Positions 1 to 11,789 of a stretch of 55,060 nt of DNA are shown here, piece by piece (the first letter of the stretch is position 1; each line of letters opens with the position of its first letter). The notes beneath the pieces are model-generated. The model saw only the letters and a list, made by a program, of their open reading frames with translations, had not been told where the DNA came from and made no database searches. This DNA comes from Octopus sinensis (Eukaryota). The position numbers and the translations under genes are program-made. The stretch lies in the NCBI RefSeq assembly GCF_006345805.1, contig NW_021833762.1:1-55060 (forward strand), in the 5' to 3' direction.

Positions 1-435
1 CTACCACCACCACCACCACCACCTACGACCGTGCAACACTGCAACACAAACCCCCATGCCACCACCACCACCACCATCATCAGGATATACCTATTTCTTT
101 ACTACCCATTAGGGGGCTAAGCTAAACACAGCAGAGAGATCAGGGTAGGGTATACCGCCAGACAACCCCTAGCACCAAAAATCACTGTCACAATCACCAC
201 CACCACCACCACTACCACCGCCGCCGTTGCAGCCGCTGCCTCAGCCGTCGCCGTCGCCACAGCTAACAACAAGAGGACCATCGACAGTCTTGTTGCAGCT
301 ACTCGTTGAGGGTGGTCACATTCAGTAAAGTTTCCTCTCTGGATTTTAATGAGAACCAGAGACAAACAACAGCCGAACGGTTTATAAACAAACGGCAGAA
401 CTGCTCCTACGTTAACACAGTAGTAGCAGAAAGGG

Positions 436-480
436 CTGCTGCTGCTACTGCTGCTGCTGCTGCTGCTGCTACTACTACTA

Positions 481-529
<49 letters not shown>

Positions 530-535
530 GCTGCT
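436..535. repeat. (CTG)n/(CTA)n trinucleotide microsatellite just upstream of the exon
   Basis: Direct reading. Confidence 0.95.
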
Positions 536-592
536 ACTTGTCGAGGGAGCAGGCTGGACCTTTTTACAGCTGATGAACCTCCACGTCCCAAC

Positions 593-668
593 ATGACCTC
601 AGGCACCCGTGGTAAACATCCCGACTCCAGATTTGCTGTACTCGGAAAACCTGGAGTGGGCAAATCCG
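593..668 (+). CDS. RERG: First visible coding exon of a Ras-superfamily small GTPase, RERG/RASL11/RASL12-like (gene continues beyond a very long intron)
   Basis: MTSGTRGKHPDSRFAVLGKPGVGKS gives a hydrophobic beta1 strand plus a GxxGxGKS P-loop. It ends at G|GTAAGT (phase 1 after GKS), the intron position of the RERG/RASL family, where the next codon GCN is Ala of GKSA. A candidate acceptor tttttacag ends at 569. The symbol is a family-level call; downstream exons were not found. Confidence 0.72.
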
Positions 669-679
669 GTAAGTGGTAT

Positions 680-692
680 ACTATCTACCTAC

Positions 693-775
<83 letters not shown>

Positions 776-978
776 ACTGTCTGTTTTTGTGTGTCTATGT
801 TTGAGAGCAACGCTAACCGCGTCAATCATTCCTGTTTCGGAGGGCCGGCAAAGGCCATGGATACGGCTCATTTGTTTTCAGGACAAAACAATATTTAAAA
901 AATCCATCCATCCATACATTTGATATCTATCTATCTACCTATCTATCTACATATCTACCTATCTACCTACCTACCTAC

Positions 979-1064
<86 letters not shown>

Positions 1065-1070
1065 GTCTGT
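680..1070. repeat. Two (CTAT)n tetranucleotide tracts (about 680-775 and 922-1070)
   Basis: Direct reading. Confidence 0.95.
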
Positions 1071-1504
1071 CTGCCATTAAAAAAACAAGCATTTCCATAC
1101 TGCATTTGTGACCCTACAACTATGCATATGTGTCCGTCTGCACATTAAATGTGTCTGTGTGTGTATACATACATACATACATACATACATACATACATAC
1201 ATACATACATACATACACATCCATGCATGTATATATATAGTTTGTGTATGTATGTATGTATGTATGATGTGTCACCCTGTAGAATGAGACTATATAATTT
1301 CTGTCAATATAATTATCACGTTAGCTGCCATCGCTCGATTTATGTCTACAGACATATATTTATAGACCGATGGCTGTGTCAGTGTTACCGTCTGTATAGA
1401 TGTGAAGGCATGCATTGATGCATTGTAATGGCAATCTATCATGTTTGTATGCATGTCTGTGTACATGTACGCAAGTAGATATGTGTGTGTATATATGTAC
1501 GTTA

Positions 1505-2190
1505 TACATACATACATACATACATACATACGTACATACATACATACGTACGTACGTACATACATACATACATACGTACGTACATACATACGTACGTACG
1601 TACATACATACATACATACATACGTACGTACATACATACGTACGTACGTACATACATACATACATACATACATACGTACATACGTACGTACGTACGTACA
1701 TACATACATACATACATACATACATACATACGTACGTACGTACATACATACGTACGTACGTACATACATACATACATACATACGTACATACGTACGTACG
1801 TACGTACGTACATACATACATACACACATACATACATACGTACGTACGTACATACATACGTACGTACGTACATACATACATACATACATACATACATACA
1901 TACATACATACATACATACGTACGTACGTACGTACATACATACATACATACATACGTACATACATACATACGTACGTACATACGTACGTACGTACATACA
2001 TACATACATACATACATACATACATACATACATACATACGTACATACATACATCATACATACATACATACGTACGTACATACATACATACATACATACGT
2101 ATATACATACATACATACATACATACGTACGTACGTACATACATACATACATACACACATGCATACATAATACATACATACATACATAAA
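1505..2190. repeat. Compound (TACA/TACG)n tetranucleotide array
   Basis: Direct reading; source of the YIHT/MYVC pseudo-ORFs. Confidence 0.95.
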
Positions 2191-2311
2191 CATATGCATG
2201 TAACTTGGTTTTTGAGTCGAGTTTATAATAGAAATGATTTTATCGTAAACTGAAAGATCGTTCAATACTTCTTCTTGGATACGTATTTAAGATACTTTTC
2301 CAAGAAGTGTT

Positions 2312-2405
2312 GATAGTGACTTCGAAAGTTTCGGGTGGCTGAACTTCATCGGATTGTCCGATGAAAGTTAGTAGTAGACAGAAACTTCGAATTCGAAGTC
2401 AATCA
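2312..2405. ncRNA. Back-to-back pair of degenerate hammerhead-like motifs (Penelope-type), one on each strand
   Basis: + strand: CCGATGAA...GAAACTTCGAATTCGAAGTC. - strand: CCGATGAAG...CCGAAACTTTCGAAGTC. Stem II pairing is poor in both. Confidence 0.4.
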
Positions 2406-2444
2406 GTCACCCCACTTCTATGCTATGCTATCTATCTATCTATC

Positions 2445-2481
<37 letters not shown>

Positions 2482-2603
2482 GATCTATCTACTATCTATC
2501 TGTCTGTCTGTCTCTGTCTGTCTTGTAACTATCTGCCTGTCTGTCTGTGTCTGTCTTTCAGTGTGTCTGTGCTAATCTATCTATCTATCTATCTATCTAT
2601 CTA

Positions 2604-2661
<58 letters not shown>

Positions 2662-2881
2662 GTCTGTCTGTCTGTCTTGCCACACTATAACATCATTTTT
2701 TTTTCGTCTCCCCCCCCCCCCCTTTTTTTTTTTAACCCCCTGTCCTCTTTCTCTCCTTTTACGATCCCTTTTGATCGAACCTCCCCCTTCCTTTTTTTTT
2801 TTTTTTTTTTTTTTATCCTTCAAAAGAAAAGCTCTACTGTAATTTGTTCTATCTGTGTGCAGCTGTGGCTATAAAGAAACA

Positions 2882-2930
<49 letters not shown>

Positions 2931-2939
2931 GTCTATCTG

Positions 2940-3030
<91 letters not shown>

Positions 3031-3034
3031 TTCA

Positions 3035-3077
<43 letters not shown>

Positions 3078-3482
3078 GTTTTTTTCTTTCCACGATCCCT
3101 TTTGATCGAAATTCTACCCCGCCCCACTGTTTTTTTCTTTCCTTCCCAAAAAGAAAAGCTCTACATTGTATTTTGTCCTGTGTTCAGCCCTGTGTGGCTA
3201 ATAAAAAAACATATCTATCGATCTATCTATTTTTCTATCTATATGTCAATTTGCCTGTCTGTCTGTCTGTCGCACGAGCGCGCGTACAGCTATACAAGAC
3301 AAGGTATGAATAATGGTCGTTGCATATTGTAGGAGATTTAGCTTACAGCTGTTTCCTGAAGTCATTATAGATTGATAGGTTTATGTACAAATATATGTAT
3401 GTATTCAAAATGTGACCGCGTGTGTACCGCTGACGATTTTTTTCCCTCTGTCTTCCCTTCTCTGGATCTTTCCCTCCCCTAT

Positions 3483-3517
3483 GTTTCCGACGAAGAGCTC
3501 CGCTCGAAACGTTAAAC
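3483..3517 (+). ncRNA. Minimal type I hammerhead-ribozyme-like motif within a Penelope-like terminal repeat remnant
   Basis: GTTT-CCGACGA-A-GAGC(TCC)GCTC-GAA-ACGT-T-AAAC: 4-bp stem I, 4-bp stem II, palindromic ACGT stem III; core position 4 is C instead of U. Confidence 0.55.
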
Positions 3518-3609
3518 CCTCCTTCTTAAATCCTTTCTTGAGCGTCCAATAATACTATATTTGTTCCACGTCCTCGCGTTGTTGTGTTTTCATGTTTGGA
3601 TTACTTTAT

Positions 3610-4260
3610 ACGTATATGTATGTATGTTGTATGTATGTATGGATGTAGTATGTATGTATGTATGTATGTGTATGTATGTATGTATGTATGTATGTATGTG
3701 TGTTTGTATTATGTATGTATGTATGTATGTATGTATGTATGTATGTGTGTGTGTATGTATGTATTTATGTATGTATGTATGTGTGTGTGTGTATGTATGT
3801 ATGTATGTATGTATGTATGTATGATATGGGTATGTATGTATGTATGTTGTGTGTGTATGTATGTATGTATGTATGTATGTGTGTGTGTGTATGTATGTAT
3901 GTATGTATGTTGTGTGTGTATGTATGTATGTATTATGTATGTATGTATATGTATGTATGTATGTGTATGCATGTGTGTATGTATGTATGTATGTATGTAT
4001 GTGTGTGTATGTATGTATGTATATGTATGTATTTATGTGTATGTATGTGTGTATGTGTGTGTAATGTATGTATGTATGTATGTATGTGTATGTATGTATG
4101 TGTGTATGTATGTATGTATGTATGTTATGTATGTATGTATGTATGTGGTGTATGTATGTGTCTGTATGTATGTTTGTGTGTATGTATGTATGTAGTATGT
4201 ATGTATGGTATGTAGTAATGTATGTATGTATGTATGTATGTATGTATGTATGTATGTATG

Positions 4261-4291
<31 letters not shown>

Positions 4292-4479
4292 GGTGTATGT
4301 ATGTGTACATGTATGTATGTATGTATGTATGTATGTGTGTATGTATGTATGTATGTATGTATGTATGTGTGTATGTATGTGTCTGTATGTATGTGTGTGT
4401 GTATGTATGTATGTATGTATGTGTATGTATGTATGTATGTATGTATGTATGTATGTGTGTATGTATGTATGTATGTATG

Positions 4480-4510
<31 letters not shown>
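3610..4510. repeat. Long degenerate (TATG/TG)n array
   Basis: Direct reading. Confidence 0.95.
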
Positions 4511-5275
4511 CTGTAAATGGAAGCACAGTGGGGGTGGAGGTAGGGACGTCATAGAAATTTACGGGAGAACACGAGAACTCGATCAAATCCCTTCATCAAT
4601 CGATAACCAAATAACATCACAATTTCAACACCTTTCAGCAAGTTTACTCCACCGATCTGACGGAGTCCATCATATGGAAAGCATACAGTTATAGACGAGC
4701 AATATATATATATATATACACACATACTCATATAAGTGTATGTGTGTGTTTGTGTGTATGCATGTTCCTTTGCGTGCTTATGTGTATATGTGTGTATGCA
4801 TATATGTATATGCTTATACACACGCACGTTTATATTTGTAGACACATATACATATACATACAACGCGCACACTCACACATTAACCATGTTGTTAAAATGT
4901 TCAGTATATTTATTTGGCATACCTACACAAGTGTACCCCCAACTTTGCTTCCTCATAACTTCCAGAAAAATGTCTATTTTTTAAAAATTCCTTTTCTGCA
5001 AGTTATGAGGTAACAAAATCGAGAAGGAGTACACTTCTGTAGGTATGCCTATACATATATAAATGAGTATACTTACATACATACATACATACATACATAC
5101 TACATACATACATCATACATACATACATACATACATACATACGATATAGTGCATGTTTATACACATAAGGAATCCACTTTACGTGACATTCAACACATTA
5201 GAAAGAACAGCTAGGTTCTGTAAATCACAAAAATTACGGATAAAATTCGACAGGAAACATTTGTAAATGAAAAAC

Positions 5276-5309
<34 letters not shown>

Positions 5310-5631
5310 TATATATATATCTATATATCTAATCACATATATATATATATGTTCAAATCTAGGTATAACCGCAAAAAAATTACAAGATGAAAGTTTTATC
5401 TTTCATTCTTTCCGAAATTGCTCTTAAATGTGGTTTTGGTCGTTTTGACTGCTTCTTCTAGCGTGTAAAATTACCTGTTAGAAGTTGTTTCTCTTATGTT
5501 TAAATGTACACTATTTTATATTGAGAATATGTTGTCTATTGACTTTTTATATACGTGCTAGTCCACTGTATTGAAATTTCTAAAAATATTCGTCACCCTA
5601 TATATTTTACGTATATGTATATATATTATAT

Positions 5632-5663
<32 letters not shown>

Positions 5664-5740
5664 TATATATATATATATATATAATGTGTGTGTGTGGGTT
5701 GGTGTGTGTGTGTGTGTGTGCGTGTGTGTGTGTGTGTGGT

Positions 5741-5775
<35 letters not shown>

Positions 5776-5777
<2 letters not shown>

Positions 5778-6120
5778 CGCAGGCTGTGTGGTAGTAGCTT
5801 GCTAACCAACCACACTGGTTCCGGGTTCAGACCCCAATGCCTTGTGAGTGGGTTTGGTAGACGGAAACTGAAAGAAGCCTGTCGTATATATGTATATATA
5901 TAAGTGAGTGTGGTGTATATTTTTGCCCCTAGCATTGCTTGGCAACCGATGCTGGTGTGTTTTACGTCCCCGTTACTTAGCGGTTCGGCAAAAGAGACCG
6001 ATAGAATAAGTACTGGGCTTACAAAGAATAAGTCCCGGGGGTCGATTTGCTCGACTAAAGGCGGTGCTCCAGCATGGCCGCAGTCAAATGACTGAAACAA
6101 GTAAAAGAGAGAGTAAAGAG
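5776..6120 (+). mobile_element. tRNA-derived SINE, group A (head GGCGCAGG..GTGGTAAGTAGCTTGC, internal TA/TG microsatellite, tail ...GACTGAAACAAGTAAAAGAG)
   Basis: A/B-box-like head; near-identical copies recur more than ten times in the window. Confidence 0.9.
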
Positions 6121-6151
<31 letters not shown>

Positions 6152-6308
6152 GAATGTATAGGTAAAAAAATTAAGGCGTGCGTGCGTTACATAAATAATA
6201 TTCGTAGGATTAAATAAAAGGACAACAAACGGGAAAATCTGACATGTATATATATAATTAATAAAAAAACCTGTACTAAATAAATAAACGAACATGTACG
6301 TTTTTTAA

Positions 6309-6354
<46 letters not shown>

Positions 6355-6755
6355 TGTATGTATAGATAGATAGATATATATCATGTGTTACATAGTTACG
6401 CGTGCACATGAACGGCAGCTTGTTAGTGGAGTCGCTAATGTATAGGGTAAATTACTTTGAGGGACTATTCCCGACTCTCTTCGCTTTGAGCTTCAATTCC
6501 TCTTGAGACCAACTTCACCTTTCATCCTTTCGTGGTCGGTAAAATATCTACCCGTTACTGGGCTCCATTTCCCCCCTCCTCTCTCTCTCTCTCTCTCTTC
6601 GTACTACACAGTCTGTACCTCTTCCAAGCGGTAGGTGGCGGGGTAGACTCTGCCAGGTCTAATAATGCCCAGGAGACAGTTTAGATAGTAATTATGTGCC
6701 TAAGATTGCATAAAGGAACTGAGGCCCCGTAACATGGCTCATGTATGTATATATA

Positions 6756-6977
6756 GAGTTCATAGAGCGGTTAAACATATCTTCAGTATGCAGATTAGGA
6801 CTTCCAGCATAGAATTAACTGCTGCATTTGTTAAGTATATATAAAGTTTATAGAGTGGTTAAAAATTTTCGGTATGCAAATTTTTAAACGCTCTATAAAC
6901 TGAACAAATAGAGCAGTTAATTCTATGCTGTAGTCCCTAATTTGCATACCAAATTTTTTTAACCGCTCTATAAACTC
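6756..6977. repeat. Nested foldback (MITE-like) made of ~70-bp units; a further unit at 7388-7457
   Basis: 6756-6824 is the reverse complement of 6912-6977; inner hairpin at 6845-6901. Confidence 0.75.
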
Positions 6978-6987
6978 AACAAATATA

Positions 6988-7387
6988 GGCGCAGGAGTAG
7001 ATGTGTGGTAAGTAGCTTGTTTACCAACCACATGGTTCTAGGTTCAGTCCCACTGCGTGGCACCTTGGGCAAGTGTCTTCTACTATAGCCTCGGGCCGAC
7101 CAAAGCCTTGTGAATGGATTTGGTAGACGGAAACTGAAAGAAGCCCGTCGTATATATGTATATATATATATATATATGCGAGTGTGTATTTGTGCGTGTT
7201 CCCTTAGCATTGCTTGACAACCGATGCTGGTGTGTTTATGTCCCCGTTACTTAACGGTTCGGCAAAAGAGACCGATAGAATAAGTACTGGGCTGACAGGG
7301 GTCGAGTTGCTCGATTAAAGGCGGTGCTCCAGCATGGCCGCAGTCAAATGACTGAAACAAGTAAAAGAGTAAAGAGTAAAGAGTAAA
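6988..7387 (+). mobile_element. SINE group A
   Basis: Full head-to-tail match to the other copies. Confidence 0.9.
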
Positions 7388-7468
7388 TACAGCAGTTAAT
7401 TCTATACTGGAGTCCCTAATTTGCATACCGAAAAATTTTAACCGCTCTATAAACTCTACACACACACA

Positions 7469-7512
<44 letters not shown>

Positions 7513-7690
7513 TATACATGATTGATTATAAGCCGAGCTTGTCATATGAGTGACACGAAGGTATAGAATTTCGTGGAAAGGTACCTGTTATTCTTGGCTA
7601 AGATGCAATTGACAAGTGCTTTGGGTCGAATCTCACCGACCCTCCTGACATTCCCGCTGAATTCCCAGTTTATATATATATAAATATCTA

Positions 7691-7761
<71 letters not shown>

Positions 7762-7773
7762 TTCTCTATAATA

Positions 7774-8180
7774 GGCGCAGAAGTGGCTGTGTGGTAGGTA
7801 GCTTGCCTACCAACCACATAGTTCCGGGTTCAGTCCCACTGCGTGGCACCTTGGGCAAGTGTCTTCTACTATAGCCTCGGGTCGACCAAAACCTTGTGAG
7901 TGGATCTGGTAGACGGAAACTGAAAGAAGCCCGTCGTATATATGTATATTTGTGTGTGTGTATATGTGTGTTTGTGTGTCTGTGTTTGTGCTCCCAACAT
8001 CACTTGACAACCGATGCTGGTGTGTTTACGCAACTTAGCGGTTCGGCAGAAGAGAACCGATAGAATAAGTAAGTACTAGGCTTACAAAGAATAAGTCCCG
8101 GGGGTCGATTTGCTCGACTAAAAGTCGGTGCTCCAGCATGGCCGCAGTCAAATGACTGAAGCAAGTAAACGAGTAAAAGA
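7774..8180 (+). mobile_element. SINE group A
   Basis: Full head-to-tail match. Confidence 0.9.
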
Positions 8181-8439
8181 GTGTGAATATGTGTGTGTCT
8201 GTATGTGTAAGTGTGTGTGTGTGTATGTGTATGTGTGTATGTATGTGTGTGTGTGTGTATATGTGTACATGTGCAGATATAAAAATATATATATATATAT
8301 ATACACATCCTCGCGCGCGCGTTCTCTATTTATATATATGTGTGCGGCATGTGGTACTGGGGTGCTTCCCCTCTACCTCTCTCTTCACCCTAACCACCAC
8401 CCCCTCCTTCCGCTACAGCCACCGTCGGCGTCACCGCTG

Positions 8440-8780
8440 CTGCCATCACTACCACCACCACCACCACCCCACACCGCCGCCCTTTCCCCATACTTTTTCT
8501 TCTCAGTGAAGTGAAAGTAGTAGTATTCCCCCAGAACCAGGCTGACATTCTTGAGAAACTCCGGCAAAAGAAACAACCCCCCCCCTCCTCCTCCTTGCCC
8601 GCCCCCCCCTCTATCCATCCACCGTCTATACCCCCGTTGTCTTTCTTGCTTCTTCCTTCTGCTGCTGTTGCTGCCCCCGCCGCCGCCACCACCACCACCA
8701 CCACCACCACCACTACCACCACCACCACCACCACCACCACCACTACTACTGGTGCTGCTGCTGCTGCCGCGGCTGCTGCT
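8440..8780. repeat. GC-rich (CAC/CCG/CTG)n low-complexity block
   Basis: Direct reading. Confidence 0.85.
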
Positions 8781-8918
8781 GCTGCTACCCGTGTTGTCTT
8801 CCACTCCACCCCGAAAAAAAAAAATTTCTTCCGTCTTTCTTTCTATTGCCAAACTTTCAAAACTATTTAGATGTTTGCATTTCCGCCTTTCTCCGACTCC
8901 GTCACTGAGTCACATAAG

Positions 8919-8984
<66 letters not shown>

Positions 8985-9029
8985 GTCTATCTGTCTATCT
9001 ATCTATCTATCTATCTACCTATCTATCTA

Positions 9030-9062
<33 letters not shown>

Positions 9063-9300
9063 ATATCTATCTAACTATATATATATTATTATATATATAT
9101 AATATATATATACACATATATTATATAATAATGTATATATATATAATAATATATATATAACATATATACATATATATATTATATATATATAATGTATATA
9201 TACATATACATATATTTTATATATATATATATGCTAATCCCTTAATTATGTTTATAATTATTAAAAAAATCTTTTTTTTCTGTGTGTGTGTGTATATATA

Positions 9301-9361
<61 letters not shown>

Positions 9362-9370
9362 CATATCTAT

Positions 9371-9760
9371 ACTCTTTTACTCTTTTACTTGTTTCAGTCA
9401 TTAAACTGCGACCATGCTGGAGCACCGCCTTTAGTCGAAGAAATCGACCCCAGGACTTATTCTTTGTAAGCCTAGTATTTATTCTATCGGTCCGTTTTGC
9501 CGAACCTCTAAGTTACGGGGACGTAAACACAGCATCGGCTGTCAAGCGATGTTGGGAGACACACAAACATATACACAAATACATACATACATACATACAT
9601 ACATACACACATACATATATACGACGGTTTCCGTCTACCAAATCCACTCACAAGGCTTTGGTCGGGCCGAGGCTATAGCAGAAGACACTTGCCCAAGGTG
9701 CCACGCAGCGGGACTCAACCGGGAACCATGTGGTTGAAAAGCAAGCTACTTACCACAAAG
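9371..9760 (-). mobile_element. SINE group A, reverse orientation
   Basis: Reverse-complement match. Confidence 0.9.
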
Positions 9761-9777
9761 TCATATACATACATACA

Positions 9778-9813
<36 letters not shown>

Positions 9814-9819
9814 TATAAA

Positions 9820-11077
9820 TATGGTGTCCGAGCAAAATACACCCATGTTTAAAACTCTTCCTAAAGAATATCTCCATTTTATATAATGATTTGCATACAT
9901 GTCTTTTATTCGTGTATCTATTGTTTCGTTCGTCTACAACAGGTTTGTAAATAAATATGGCATCGAAAGCAAAACCTGTGCAGATTGTCACTTTGAAAAC
10001 AGCTGGAGTGAGCAACGTGACAAAACATTTGAATGTGTGCCGTAAAACAGTGTTCAATACCTGGAAACGGTATATGGTGTCCGCTACTGGCTCTAGAAAG
10101 TTAATTCATGGTAGGAAACTATCAATTCGTACCAAACAAACTGTTGAAGCTGCGAAGATAGCCAATGAACCCAAGTCTCCATAGGAGTGTCGAAAATGCT
10201 CTTGATATTTCCAAATCGTCAATGTACAACGGTTTTAAAGCTGATTTAAAGCTAACTGCATATAACAAATAATCCCGGCAGTTAATTTCAGCAGCTTCCA
10301 TGAAGAAATGACTCGGCAGGAGAAAAACCATGTTAGCAGAGATGAAGTGCGCCCTTAATAAAGTGTTGGTCTTGTCCGACGAGAAGATCTTCAGCCTGGA
10401 GGCAGAATAACAGGCTTTGTTTGTGCACGTAATGCAGGAGACTTGCCCGAAGGTTGCAGGTGTTATTTACACCGTCAGATGCCAGCTTCACTCGTGGTAT
10501 GAACCGCATCTGCATCTGACGGATCTAAGTCTCCCTTGATCTTCATCGATGCTCGCGTGAGGTCAACAGTGAAGTTTATGCAGATATGTTGAATGAGAAA
10601 CTGTTACCTTGGGTCACAGAAATCTTTGGTGACCATTGCATCTTCGCTCATGAAGGAGCTCCCGCACACACATCCAATTTGACACAGAGGTGGTGCAAAG
10701 AGCATTTAAACGGTTTTGGGGACAAGACGATATGGTCTCCTTCAAGTGCAGACATCAATCCCACGGACATTACTACCTGGTCCATCATAGAGAGTAATGC
10801 TTCTGCTCGCTCCTGTTCAAAGGTGTCAGACCTGAAGAACGCCCTTTCGTCTTCATGGGTCAAGTTGAATGAAGAGGTAAGACGGCGCTCTTGCAACTTA
10901 GTGACTACTCGCTTGCAGGCTATGGTCAAGGCGAAAGGTAGTCGATTTAAAATGTAATTGCTGCAAAGGATTCACAATTTACATCAGAGCGTTTGTGTCA
11001 AATTTCATTATTCTACCGTAAGATTATTTTGAATATTTACGAAATATCAATGGGTAAATGTTTCTTGGGATACCCTG
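9820..11077 (+). mobile_element. Decayed Tc1/mariner transposon, DD37D (maT) family
   Basis: HTH-like N-terminal ORF 9957-10184. Catalytic ORF 10586-10957 has HEGAPAH...SPSSADINPTD, with 37 residues between the second acidic position (mutated to E) and the third D. The right TIR reads CAGGGTATCCC on the - strand before TA; the left TIR is degenerate (GGTGTCC...ACCC). Confidence 0.88.
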
Positions 11078-11166
11078 TATATATATATATTATATCTTTT
11101 AGTAAAAGTTTTAGACGTGAATAAATCTCCATTCTTCTTTACGTTTTCAATTATTATATATATATA

Positions 11167-11230
<64 letters not shown>

Positions 11231-11663
11231 GCACATATACATATTTATATACACATACGTAAGTATATATATATATGTATGAACAAGCACATGTGTGTGT
11301 GTATATATATATATACGTGTGCGTGTGTGTATTTGTATGTGTGTGTGCGTGCCAATATGTATGTATAACTGTGTATATTCTTGTGTCTACACAAACACAT
11401 ATATTACTGCACATTATATTTGTATTGTGCATCTTTCTGCATCGTTATCTAAGAACGTAATGTGGAATTCCGTAACGCAAACATGTGTCCCCAACGCCGG
11501 CTATACGTATGTATGTATGTATGTATGTATGTATGTATGTATGTATGTATGTATGTATACATATCTATGAATATATACATGCATGCCTACATATATGTAG
11601 ATTTGTGTATGTACCTGTATATATGTGTGAGTGCGTGTAGCGTGTAGCTGTGTGTGTATGTGC

Positions 11664-11707
<44 letters not shown>

Positions 11708-11789
11708 CAGTGTGAAAACTGAACGGAGGGACAACTGCGGGAAATAGCGATGAAGGAGAGGAAGCAGCAGTGTCATTTCGCTCTGGTAG

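Noticed and set aside
1149-4694. Many 100-320-aa ORFs (YIHT/MYVC repeats)
   Set aside because: Translations of TACA/TATG microsatellites that lack stops in several frames
4880-4950. VVKMFSIFIWHTYTSVPPTL, superficially like RERG exon 2
   Set aside because: Spacing does not match, no EYD motif, no suitable splice sites
8385-9102. Gly/Pro/Thr-rich ORFs in a GC-rich block
   Set aside because: Trinucleotide repeats; overlapping ORFs on both strands with no domain signal
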